This document shows positions 19,915 through 28,576 of a stretch of 64,000 bases of DNA, piece after piece (position 1 is the stretch's first letter; each line of letters begins with the position of its first letter). The notes beneath the pieces were generated by a model, which did no database searches, was not told the DNA's origin, and saw only the letters and a list, made by a program, of their open reading frames with translations. The position numbers were made by a program, and so were the translations under genes. Origin of the DNA: Lachnospiraceae bacterium (lineage in GTDB: Bacteria > Bacillota > Clostridia > Lachnospirales > Anaerotignaceae); contig JAYFRL010000020.1 of assembly GCA_034925905.1 (NCBI GenBank), positions 9,880 to 73,879 on the forward strand, written 5' to 3'.

Positions 19915-21057
19915 ATGAATATTAAACGTTATATATCAAACATAGATTTTTTAATCGTATCCTGTGTTATAGCTTTATGCATATTCGGCATAATATCCAT
20001 AGGCAGCGCCACGCATATAAACCTTGGCGAAAGCATGGCCACATACCGTTCACAGATACTGTGGTTTGCAATAGGCTTGGTTTTAATGATAGCGGCGATA
20101 TTTGTAAACTATGAGTTCCTTTCAAAGTTTACAATTTTTTTCTATCTTATAGATATAGCCTTGCTTATTGCCGTTTTAAAATTTGGAAAATCGGTTAATA
20201 ACGCAACCAGATGGCTTTCCATAGGCGGCGGAACCATCCAACCCTCGGAGTTTGCAAAAATAATAATGATATTTTGCTTGGCAAAAATTATTGACAAAAA
20301 AAAAGATTCGATTAATAATATATTTGTACTGATATTTTTGGTCCTTTATACAGCTTTACCTGTTTTTTTGATAGGCAAGCAGCCATCCTTGTCGGCAAGC
20401 TTGGTTATAGTTGCAATTCTTATAACCGAAATTTTCGTTTCCGGCTTAAGCTATAAAATAATAGCGGCTGCTTTGGCTTTTTTTACATCAATTGTAGCCT
20501 TTGTCGTATGGGATGTCCAAAAAGAAGCCCCTTTGATAGTTGATAAAATTCTTGCGCCACATCAGATTTCAAGAATACTTACTTTTATCGACCCTACAAG
20601 AGATATTGATTCATATTATCAAACGGCAAAATCAATTAATGCCATAGCCTCCGGTCAGCTTAGCGGAAAAGGTCTTTATCAGGGGACCTTAAACCAGCTT
20701 AGCTATCTCCCCGAGCCTCATAATGATTTCATTTTTTCAGTTATAGGCGAAGAATTTGGGTTCATGGGCTGTGTTGTCATTTTGATTCTCCTTTTAATAA
20801 TAATTATAAGATGCATAATGATTGCCATGGCCTCAAGGGATAAATTCAGCCAGCTTATAGCTAGCGGCGTTGCGGGAATGTTGCTTTTTCAAACATTTGT
20901 CAATGCAGGTGTTGCAACAGGTATAATGCCTACAACCGGGATGTCGCTTCCTTTTGTAAGCTATGGAGGAAGCTCTATGTGGGCAAATATGATTGCCATA
21001 GGCCTTGTGCTTAATATAGGCAGGCGCCGCTCCAGAACACTTTTTGAAGGAGGTTAA
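19915..21057 (+). CDS. rodA: SEDS-family peptidoglycan glycosyltransferase RodA/FtsW
   Basis: Ten-TM SEDS protein (IQPSEFAK, PEPHNDFIF, GMSLPFVSYGGSS). Confidence 0.9.
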   Translation: MNIKRYISNIDFLIVSCVIALCIFGIISIGSATHINLGESMATYRSQILWFAIGLVLMIAAIFVNYEFLSKFTIFFYLIDIALLIAVLKFGKSVNNATRWLSIGGGTIQPSEFAKIIMIFCLAKIIDKKKDSINNIFVLIFLVLYTALPVFLIGKQPSLSASLVIVAILITEIFVSGLSYKIIAAALAFFTSIVAFVVWDVQKEAPLIVDKILAPHQISRILTFIDPTRDIDSYYQTAKSINAIASGQLSGKGLYQGTLNQLSYLPEPHNDFIFSVIGEEFGFMGCVVILILLLIIIIRCIMIAMASRDKFSQLIASGVAGMLLFQTFVNAGVATGIMPTTGMSLPFVSYGGSSMWANMIAIGLVLNIGRRRSRTLFEGG

Positions 21058-21065
21058 TTTAAATT

Positions 21066-21461
21066 ATGAATATCGCTTTAATTGCTCATGATAACAAGAA
21101 AAAACTTATGGAAAACCTTTGCATAGCTTACAGGCATATATTATGCAAACACTCGTTATATGCAACAGGAACAACAGGTCGCCTCATTGAAGATTGTACA
21201 AATTTAAACGTGCATAAATATCTTGCAGGTAATCTTGGCGGAGAACAACAGCTTGGTGCACAAGTTGCAAACAACGATATAGATTTGGCAATCTTTTTAA
21301 GAGACCCTGTATCTCCTAAAAACTATGAACCTGATATAAACAGTATATTAAGGCTTTGCGATATTCACAATATACCCCTTGCAAGCAACCTTGCAACAGC
21401 CGAGCTTTTGCTGCTTGCCTTGGATAGAGGCGATTTGGACTGGCGAAATGTGGTGAGATAG
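21066..21461 (+). CDS. mgsA: Methylglyoxal synthase
   Basis: IALIAHDNKK, ATGTTG and DPVSPKNYEPDI motifs. Confidence 0.93.
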   Translation: MNIALIAHDNKKKLMENLCIAYRHILCKHSLYATGTTGRLIEDCTNLNVHKYLAGNLGGEQQLGAQVANNDIDLAIFLRDPVSPKNYEPDINSILRLCDIHNIPLASNLATAELLLLALDRGDLDWRNVVR

Positions 21462-21749
21462 TTGACAAGCGCAGGAAAGTTTATTGTTGTTTATTATATT
21501 GCCGTAAGCTTAATTCTTTTTTTTGCAATGGGATATGATAAACTCCGTGCAAAAAAAGAAGCCTGGCGCATATCCGAGGCAAGTCTTTTCACTCTTGCTT
21601 TGATTGGCGGAGGCATAGGCGGGTTTTTTGGGATGTTTCTTTTTCATCATAAAAACAGAAAACCTTTGTTTTATATAGTCTTTTTATTTTCGGTAATAAT
21701 ACATATAGCTTTGGTTTATTTTATAAACGATATTTTTAATGTATTTTAA
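21462..21749 (+). CDS. DUF1294 membrane protein
   Basis: MGYDKLRAKKEAWRISE plus FHHKNRKP; small two- to three-TM protein. Confidence 0.75.
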   Translation: MTSAGKFIVVYYIAVSLILFFAMGYDKLRAKKEAWRISEASLFTLALIGGGIGGFFGMFLFHHKNRKPLFYIVFLFSVIIHIALVYFINDIFNVF

Positions 21750-21783
21750 AAAGCCATGGATTTTTAAATCCATGGCTTTTTTT
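21747..21783. terminator. Bidirectional intrinsic terminator (DUF1294 / ribU convergent pair)
   Basis: AAAAAGCCATGGATTTTTAAATCCATGGCTTTTTTT. Confidence 0.85.
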
Positions 21784-21784
21784 A

Positions 21785-22369
21785 TTATCTTTTTATTAGA
21801 TGTGATATCTTCTTATATACTAAAAATGTTACCGTTGCATTTATTATGGATTTTAAAAGGTTAAAGGGAATTATTACAGGTATAAGCATTGATATTACAA
21901 CTTCTATAGGCGCACCCATAAATAGTGGTGTTAAAATCAAGTTCATGATAACCATTGACACAGTCATGGCCAAAGCTCCGGCCGAAAGAGCAATTATGGC
22001 TCTTTTTCTTGTTTTTTCTTTTGCGTATATATACCCGGCTATAAGAGCACAGCTTCCTGTTGCAACAATATGCATAACAATACCTATAATTCCGCTTTGC
22101 GCACTAACAGTAAACCCTTGGATTATTGAAACAACAACCGTAAGCGCAAAGCCGGAAATCGGTCCATAAATAAAAGTACATATCAATATCGGGATATCCG
22201 CAGGATCGTATTCCAAAAAACTTGCCGCTGGAAAAAGCGGAAAACGTATAACTGCAACAAGGATAATGGAAATTGCCGCTAAAACACCCATTGTTGCAAG
22301 TTTTCTTGTCTTTTCTCCGTTTAATGTCATGTTGCCTTTTTCAATTTCGTCTGTCACTCTGTCTTTCAT
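21785..22369 (-). CDS. ribU: ECF-transporter S component, riboflavin-specific (RibU-like)
   Basis: 194-aa, six-TM S-component-like protein directly downstream of an FMN riboswitch. Confidence 0.8.
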   Translation of the reverse strand: MKDRVTDEIEKGNMTLNGEKTRKLATMGVLAAISIILVAVIRFPLFPAASFLEYDPADIPILICTFIYGPISGFALTVVVSIIQGFTVSAQSGIIGIVMHIVATGSCALIAGYIYAKEKTRKRAIIALSAGALAMTVSMVIMNLILTPLFMGAPIEVVISMLIPVIIPFNLLKSIINATVTFLVYKKISHLIKR

Positions 22370-22414
22370 AAAAACGCCTCCAATATAAAAATTATTATAG
22401 GAGTCTGCCGGGGT

Positions 22415-22607
22415 TAAAAAAGCCCTTAAACTTTAAAAGTTTAAGGGCGAAAAAGCACATAAAAAATGCACTCCTGTTTCTTTTATCCGGACTATAACCG
22501 TTGGTTTCGGAATCACACCGAATCTGCAAAATGCTCGTGGACTTGTCAAAAAAATTTGCATTACCACCAGTGAGGATTTGCACCTCGCCCTGAAACAGAC
22601 AATTTAC
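22415..22607 (-). promoter_or_regulatory. FMN riboswitch (RFN element) with terminator expression platform
   Basis: The minus strand reads TTTCAGGGCGAGGTGCAAATCCTCACTGGTGGTAA...AGTCCACGAGC...GATTCGGTGTGATTCCGAAACCAACGGTTATAGTCCGGATAAAAGAAACAGGAG. This is followed by the hairpin GCCCTTAAACTTTTAAAGTTTAAGGGC and T6. Confidence 0.9.
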
Positions 22608-22613
22608 ATCATT

Positions 22614-22642
22614 ATTATATTGCTATGCATACAGTATGTCAA
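22614..22642 (-). promoter_or_regulatory. Sigma-A promoter of the FMN riboswitch-ribU unit
   Basis: Minus strand reads TTGACA, a 17-nt spacer, then TATAAT (perfect consensus). Confidence 0.7.
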
Positions 22643-22667
22643 TGTATTTATAAGTAAACAAATTTTT

Positions 22668-23588
22668 TTAATGTAAGGTTTTTCCATTTATTGGCTTTGG
22701 CGGATGGTTTACGCCATACACTCCGCCAATTATAATTGCGGAGCCTATGCCCTGATATATTGTAAAAGATTCTTTAAGTATAAAAACTCCCGCCATTATA
22801 GATATAACTGTGGTTATATTTGCAAATATAGCTACCCTGCCTGCGCTTACGGCTATAAAAGAATAATTTAAAAGCATAAAGGCCAGCACAGACGATATAA
22901 CCGACAAATAAAACACGCTTACCCAAAACTTAGTATTTTTAAGGGGAATAATTACCATATTAATAAAATCATTCCTGCATTGGAAAATTGCCATGGCCGT
23001 AAATATAATAGTCCCCAGCGCAAGCATAACATATGTCTTTTCCAGGGGGTGAAAATAAACGGCGGCTTTCCTGCTTAAAACATTAAACGCAGCCGCACTT
23101 AAAACCGCACCCAGCAAAAACAAAATCCCCGGAAACGAAACACTCCCCATTTTGCTGCCAAAAGTTGTTAAAGCTACTCCTACAACCGAAATAATAGCAC
23201 AAAACACTTGAAATGTCGTTGCCTGTTCCTTCAAAAATATTACGCCCAAAAACATTGTTGAAATAGGAATAAGAGAAATTATAATGCCTGCAAAGGACGA
23301 GGAAGTAAGCATTATTCCGTAGCTTTCGCATATAAAATATATTATTGGCTGGGTTAAACCGACTGCCAAAAGTATGGCTATAGGCTTCCCTTTAGGGGAA
23401 AATTCTAAGTGCCTCACAATAATCATAATGTTTAATATAATAAATGCAACCAAAAACCGCATAGCCAAAAGCACAGAAGGGAGAGCCACATCAAAAGCCA
23501 GTCTTGAAAACAAAAAGCTGAGTCCAAAAATAATATTGCTTAAAAGCGCCGCCAGCAAGCCTTTGCTTTCACGAGACAATAAGTCCAC
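22668..23588 (-). CDS. DMT-superfamily (EamA) transporter
   Basis: 306 aa, ten-TM, two EamA-like halves. Confidence 0.8.
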   Translation of the reverse strand: MDLLSRESKGLLAALLSNIIFGLSFLFSRLAFDVALPSVLLAMRFLVAFIILNIMIIVRHLEFSPKGKPIAILLAVGLTQPIIYFICESYGIMLTSSSFAGIIISLIPISTMFLGVIFLKEQATTFQVFCAIISVVGVALTTFGSKMGSVSFPGILFLLGAVLSAAAFNVLSRKAAVYFHPLEKTYVMLALGTIIFTAMAIFQCRNDFINMVIIPLKNTKFWVSVFYLSVISSVLAFMLLNYSFIAVSAGRVAIFANITTVISIMAGVFILKESFTIYQGIGSAIIIGGVYGVNHPPKPINGKTLH

Positions 23589-23651
23589 CCCCTTTTATAT
23601 GCAAAATATTATGCTATAGCGACAAAAAAGCTGCTATAGCATAATAAAGAA

Positions 23652-25304
23652 TTATAATTCACTTATAAGCTTTTCAATAGCTTTTGCAGCTTCCTCTGGA
23701 AGCTTGTCAAAGCCGCCATTAATTGTATCTTTAGATTTTACAAACTCAAGCCTATCGGAAAGCCTTGCTACCAACTGCTTTTTATATTTATTATCCTCAA
23801 AATCAGGAATAAAGCCGTCAACCTCCAAAATTTCAAAATCCGAAAAATGCTGCCATTTCTTAAATTTAGCCGTTCCTTCAACAATGGCTTCAAGACAGCT
23901 TAAAGTAACTGCCGGCGGTATTTTTTTACCCATAAAAAAACCTGTGTTGAAAATATAGCAATCCACATTCCTTTTTGCAAAGAGCTTCTTAAAGTTTAAA
24001 TAATCATGCGAAAGGGGATATGTTCTAAAAGGATTAGCATAAGGCTCAAAAACAAGGGCATCAGGGTCAACTCCAGGAGCAAGCCTTTCGGCTGTTGTTC
24101 TTTTTGTGGCTAATGCCGCTCCCATAACAGAAGCAAGCTCCGCTCCCAAAACCTTTATTGCCGGAGGCATTGTAGGATCTTTCATGAGCCATATAACCGA
24201 ATTCACAGGTTCATCAAACTTATCCTCCCTGGCAGGAGACCAGAAACGGGATTTTATCGCACGTCCGTTTCCATTTCTTAAGTCTTCCGTAACTATTACA
24301 GTATGGCCATCAGTGTCTTTAGTTGCACCGACGTTTTGAACAGTTATAAGATATTTATTATCAGGACTTTCAAGAGGATAATCCTGCGTTTTATCAAAAT
24401 ATGAAGGCTCTAAGGCAACGGAAGAACCGTCTTCCGTGGAAATTATGAAAGCGTCGTCATGAAGCACGGTTATATCATATTTGCCGTCATGCTTTGCATG
24501 GGTCAATGTAGATTTTCCGCTTCCTGAAAGTCCGAAAACTCCGGAAACATATTTTCTGCCGTTTTTAAGGTTATATCTCTTTTGCCCTCCATGGCATGAA
24601 ACATACCCGTTTCTTTCGGCAATACCCCAAGCCAAGGTAAGAGTTCCTTTTTTAAACTCACCAAAATATCTCATGCCTAAAACTGCGGCACAATTATGCA
24701 ATGGGTCAAAAAAAGCAAGACCTAACGGATGTTCCGGATGTGTCCATGAAGGGTCCGCAAAAAAATATATGTCCCCTTCATTTTCAAACTTTTTGGATTC
24801 CTTATACATATTTTCATATTCATCCGTAATAGCTTGAAAATTAAGAAGCCAGTTATACATAAGGTTTTCTTCGCCTTCTGGAATAAGGAGGTGCGCCTTA
24901 ACCATAAAATCCTTATCAAGACCTATATATGATTCGGCATGATAAAGCTTCCTATATCTGGTGTTGTAAACAGCTTCACGTATTTTCCCGCATATCCCAG
25001 ATAAATTAACGCCTTCCTCACCGGCTATTCTCCTTGCGGCTGCTGTTCGCCCCGTAACTGTTCCGTCATTAAACAAAAGTACCTTTGCATCTTCTGGAAG
25101 TCCCAATTCACATGGTCTTTCAATAGGCATATCCGTTACTACCGTTCCCGGGGAAGAAAGCGCAAGCTTATATGCTTCAGATAGTGAATTTACGTTTACA
25201 ACATTGTTCCCGTAAAAAGCGGTTTCAATAGTAGTTCTTGCCTGGGATAGTATAGGATTGGCGGCTTTAACCTCATCCCATTTAAAACTTGACACTGTTG
25301 ACAT
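23652..25304 (-). CDS. pckA: Phosphoenolpyruvate carboxykinase (ATP)
   Basis: 550 aa with the kinase-1a motif GLSGSGKSTLT. The length and remaining motifs fit ATP-type PckA. Confidence 0.9.
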   Translation of the reverse strand: MSTVSSFKWDEVKAANPILSQARTTIETAFYGNNVVNVNSLSEAYKLALSSPGTVVTDMPIERPCELGLPEDAKVLLFNDGTVTGRTAAARRIAGEEGVNLSGICGKIREAVYNTRYRKLYHAESYIGLDKDFMVKAHLLIPEGEENLMYNWLLNFQAITDEYENMYKESKKFENEGDIYFFADPSWTHPEHPLGLAFFDPLHNCAAVLGMRYFGEFKKGTLTLAWGIAERNGYVSCHGGQKRYNLKNGRKYVSGVFGLSGSGKSTLTHAKHDGKYDITVLHDDAFIISTEDGSSVALEPSYFDKTQDYPLESPDNKYLITVQNVGATKDTDGHTVIVTEDLRNGNGRAIKSRFWSPAREDKFDEPVNSVIWLMKDPTMPPAIKVLGAELASVMGAALATKRTTAERLAPGVDPDALVFEPYANPFRTYPLSHDYLNFKKLFAKRNVDCYIFNTGFFMGKKIPPAVTLSCLEAIVEGTAKFKKWQHFSDFEILEVDGFIPDFEDNKYKKQLVARLSDRLEFVKSKDTINGGFDKLPEEAAKAIEKLISEL

Positions 25305-25453
25305 CTATTGGCCTCCTTGAAGTTTTATAAATTTATAGCTTTATGTTTAAAAAGTGGGTAACCATTTGAAATTTATAATACAATTATGGTATTATACAAT
25401 AAAATGTATTTTTAATCAACAAAAAACCACATCTTTTATAATGGAGAATATCT

Positions 25454-26176
25454 ATGAAGCCTGTTATAATAATCACACCCTCCTACGATGAGGGCACAAA
25501 TAACTTCACATTAAACAAAGCCTACACAGATTATATCGAATCCGCGGGAGGTCAACCCGTTATAATCGGATATGGCGGTAGCCTTCCTGATATTTCGGAT
25601 GTTTTGTCGATGGCAGACGGGCTTCTGCTTTCAGGCGGCGTTGACATAAGTCCTCTTTTGTTTGATGAGGAGCCCATTGTTCCTCTTGGGCATATAACCC
25701 CCGAAAGGGATATTTTTGAGCTTGAGATTATCCGGCAGGCAATTGGGAAAAATATGCCCATATACGGAATTTGCAGAGGTATGCAGCTTTTAAACGCAGC
25801 CTGCGGAGGAACCGTTGTTCAGGATATATACGATTTCTACAAAACTAAGCTTAAACATACCCAAAATGCTCCAAAATATTATGCGTCACACACAATAGAT
25901 ATCTCAAAAAACTCCTTGCTTTTTAGCATAACCGGCAAGGATACAATGACCGTTAATTCATTTCATCACCAGGCCGCCGGGGAAAACGGGGAAAACATAA
26001 TTAAAACAGCTTTTGCGAAAGACGGTGTCCCCGAAGCTTTAGAGTATGTAAAAAGCTCTTTTGTTTTAGGGGTCCAGTGGCATCCCGAACTTATGTATGA
26101 AAAAGATGATACTCAGCTTGAAATAGCAAAAGCGTTTATAACCGCGGCTGATAAATTTAAACGGAGAAAAACCTAA
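25454..26176 (+). CDS. Class-I glutamine amidotransferase / gamma-glutamyl-GABA hydrolase family (peptidase C26)
   Basis: Nucleophile elbow GICRGMQLLN and a His/Glu region VQWHPE. Confidence 0.82.
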   Translation: MKPVIIITPSYDEGTNNFTLNKAYTDYIESAGGQPVIIGYGGSLPDISDVLSMADGLLLSGGVDISPLLFDEEPIVPLGHITPERDIFELEIIRQAIGKNMPIYGICRGMQLLNAACGGTVVQDIYDFYKTKLKHTQNAPKYYASHTIDISKNSLLFSITGKDTMTVNSFHHQAAGENGENIIKTAFAKDGVPEALEYVKSSFVLGVQWHPELMYEKDDTQLEIAKAFITAADKFKRRKT

Positions 26177-26188
26177 GGAGGATATCAT

Positions 26189-27034
26189 ATGGAACGCGCG
26201 CTTGAAAAATTTCTTGAGATTATATCGGATATCGGAACGAAACTTATATATTCGCTTATAATTCTGCTTATTTGCATTATCCTAATAAAATTAAGCAAAG
26301 GCTTTATAAGAAACCTTTTAGATACGCACAATAAAAAAAGCCGGATTGTTGACGAAAGGAGAGCAACCACCGTCTCATCATTAATTTCAAGCATTGTAAA
26401 ATATTTGATATATTTCATAGCTATTTCAAGTATTCTCATCCAGTTTGGCGTATCCTCAAATTCAATAATCGCCGTTGCGGGCGCCGCTTCGGTTGCCATA
26501 GGCTTAGGCGCCCAAAGTTTTATGCAGGATATAATAGCAGGTTTTTTCCTGATATTTGAAGACCAGTTCGGCGTCGGTGATATAGTTAGCATATCAGATA
26601 AAACAGGTGTTGTTGAAGATGTTACACTTAGGACAACCATTGTAAGAGGTTTTTCCGGTGAAGTGTACGTTATACCAAATGGCTCAATAGGTATAGTCAC
26701 AAACATGTGCAAGGGCTTTATAAACGAACTTATACGCATAGAAATTGATTATTCCGAAAATGCGGAAAATGTTATAGAAATACTAAAGGATGAAATGAAA
26801 AAATCTTCTTCCCTTATTCCCGGACTTCATGGGGTTCCTCAAGTTTTAGGCATAGACGAAATGAAAGACCAGAAGTTTAGGCTACTTATAATAGCCGAAT
26901 GCGATATAAAAGAAAACTACCGCATAGGCCGAGAATTGAAGCTTAAAATAAAAAACAGGCTTGATTCGGAAAACATAAGCGCACCTGTTATAAAAAATGA
27001 AACCAAACTGATTAAAGAAGATTTGGAGGACTAA
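26189..27034 (+). CDS. Small-conductance mechanosensitive channel (MscS family)
   Basis: Three N-terminal TM helices, then the MscS beta-domain (FGVGDIVSI...VEDVTLRTTIVR...VYVIPNG). Confidence 0.88.
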   Translation: MERALEKFLEIISDIGTKLIYSLIILLICIILIKLSKGFIRNLLDTHNKKSRIVDERRATTVSSLISSIVKYLIYFIAISSILIQFGVSSNSIIAVAGAASVAIGLGAQSFMQDIIAGFFLIFEDQFGVGDIVSISDKTGVVEDVTLRTTIVRGFSGEVYVIPNGSIGIVTNMCKGFINELIRIEIDYSENAENVIEILKDEMKKSSSLIPGLHGVPQVLGIDEMKDQKFRLLIIAECDIKENYRIGRELKLKIKNRLDSENISAPVIKNETKLIKEDLED

Positions 27035-27035
27035 T

Positions 27036-27233
27036 ATGGATTTTTCTGTCGGAGATATAGTTCAAATGAAAAAAGCTCATCCATGTGGCTCAAAAGAATG
27101 GGAAATACTTAGAACGGGAATAGATTTCCGCATAAAGTGTGTTAAATGTGGGCATATGGTTATGCTTACAAGACAAAAATTTGAAAAAAATGTCAAAAAA
27201 ACAGTATTTAAAGCAGAAAATAAAAACCTATAA
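27036..27233 (+). CDS. DUF951 protein (YyzM-like)
   Basis: 65 aa with GDIVQMKKAHPCGS...CVKCGH. Confidence 0.75.
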   Translation: MDFSVGDIVQMKKAHPCGSKEWEILRTGIDFRIKCVKCGHMVMLTRQKFEKNVKKTVFKAENKNL

Positions 27234-27520
27234 TTTGTACCATATTTAAGATCGCTGCATAATATATAGCATATCCGGTTATTCAAGCAACGTATATTCC
27301 AGACATTATAATTATCGGTTAAATACAAAAACTAAAATGCATTTCCCGTTTTAGCAAGTATTATAAAACACCATTTAATCAAAAGACAAGAAACCCTCCG
27401 CATTACAAAAAGCACCCCCTGCTTTAAAGGCTTAAAAAAGCATCTTATATTGTCTTAAAAAAATATATCAGATGCAACAAAAGATTCTGCCATCTCTCCC
27501 TCTTGTTGGTTATCAAAAAC

Positions 27521-27553
27521 AAAAGAGCTCCTTTATTAAAGGAGCTCTTTTTT
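27521..27553. terminator. Bidirectional intrinsic terminator
   Basis: AAAAGAGCTCCTTTATTAAAGGAGCTCTTTTTT; abuts the stop of the PrsA-like gene. Confidence 0.85.
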
Positions 27554-28505
27554 ATTCTCTTGTAAGGCTTAATTTGTCTAACACTTTTTGGTTTATCTCT
27601 ATATTTGCGGCATTTGTCCATTTTTCAAACTCTCCGCTGAAATATTCCTGGGAATTGTTATATTTATATAAACTCTTTACATATTCTCTCGTGGCCTCTG
27701 CGTCCGGCTCTTCGGTGCTTACAAGCTTAAATACATAAAATCCCGCATCGGTTTCTATAACACTGCTCATTTCTCCAGGCTCAAGGTCAACATTTATTCC
27801 AAGAGAATCTTCCATTTCACCCTTATAATACTCGCTTTCATAGGAATCTCCTCCTAATTCTTTAGCCTTTTCCAAAAAGTCATCGTCTTTCCCTATTGAA
27901 AGTATCTTTTCGGCGTCCTCTTTTGTTTCAAAAATTGCTTCCTGAACCTTAAATTTTGTATACATAGCAGTATATGTCTCGGCATCAGAATCAAAATACG
28001 AAGAAAATTCATCTTCATCGACTTCATAGCCTTGGGCAATTTCATTATATACTTTAACAAATATAGCTTTCTCCTGCATAATATTGTAAATCTCATCTTC
28101 CGTTAAGTTTATTTCCGCTTTTTGAGCTTCCGAAAACTTACTAATAAGGGAAGTCGCTTCATCCTTAGCTGAGGCAAGCTCATCCTCGGTAAGCGTTATC
28201 CCCAATTCATTAGCTTTCTGAGCGGAAAGTTTCACCATTTTAACAGTGTTTATAGCTGAATCCTTGGCAACATCTTCGGCTGTACGCCCGTCAAAGTCCG
28301 TTTCCCATATATCTTCTCCGCCATTTTCACTGAAATAGCTCTGAGTTTCATATAGATAAAGCTTAAACTCGTTTTCCCCAACAGCGACATCGTTTATTTT
28401 TATTATATAATCGTCCTTTGATGCAAATATACCCGTGTCTCCACATGCCGTCAGCATAAAAACTGAAACTATCAGCAATATGAAAACGCTTAAAGTCTTT
28501 TTCAT
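27552..28505 (-). CDS. PrsA/SurA-like foldase lipoprotein (parvulin-like C-terminus)
   Basis: Signal peptide with lipobox (FMLTAC), a SurA-N-like helical region, and a C-terminal GEMSSVIETDAGFYVFKL. Lies downstream of mfd. Confidence 0.65.
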   Translation of the reverse strand: MKKTLSVFILLIVSVFMLTACGDTGIFASKDDYIIKINDVAVGENEFKLYLYETQSYFSENGGEDIWETDFDGRTAEDVAKDSAINTVKMVKLSAQKANELGITLTEDELASAKDEATSLISKFSEAQKAEINLTEDEIYNIMQEKAIFVKVYNEIAQGYEVDEDEFSSYFDSDAETYTAMYTKFKVQEAIFETKEDAEKILSIGKDDDFLEKAKELGGDSYESEYYKGEMEDSLGINVDLEPGEMSSVIETDAGFYVFKLVSTEEPDAEATREYVKSLYKYNNSQEYFSGEFEKWTNAANIEINQKVLDKLSLTRE

Positions 28506-28576
28506 ATCATCACCCGTAAAAGAAAAATAATTGAATTTGTTTTATTATACCATCATATTTGCCGTAATACAAAGCA

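Noticed and set aside
26185-26739. 184-aa minus-strand ORF. Similar long antisense ORFs occur inside alaS, mfd, the Lon-like gene, pckA and others.
   Set aside because: They lie fully inside well-supported genes on the opposite strand and have the composition typical of antisense frames. No RBS or family resemblance is present.
27332-27403. 23-aa hydrophobic, basic minus-strand ORF (MRRVSCLLIKWCFIILAKTGNAF) preceded by GGGGGTG. I considered it as a type I toxin-like peptide.
   Set aside because: It is very short, its RBS spacing is about 10 nt, and the best promoter-like element lies inside it. No matching antitoxin RNA or repeat structure is evident. It cannot be supported from sequence alone.
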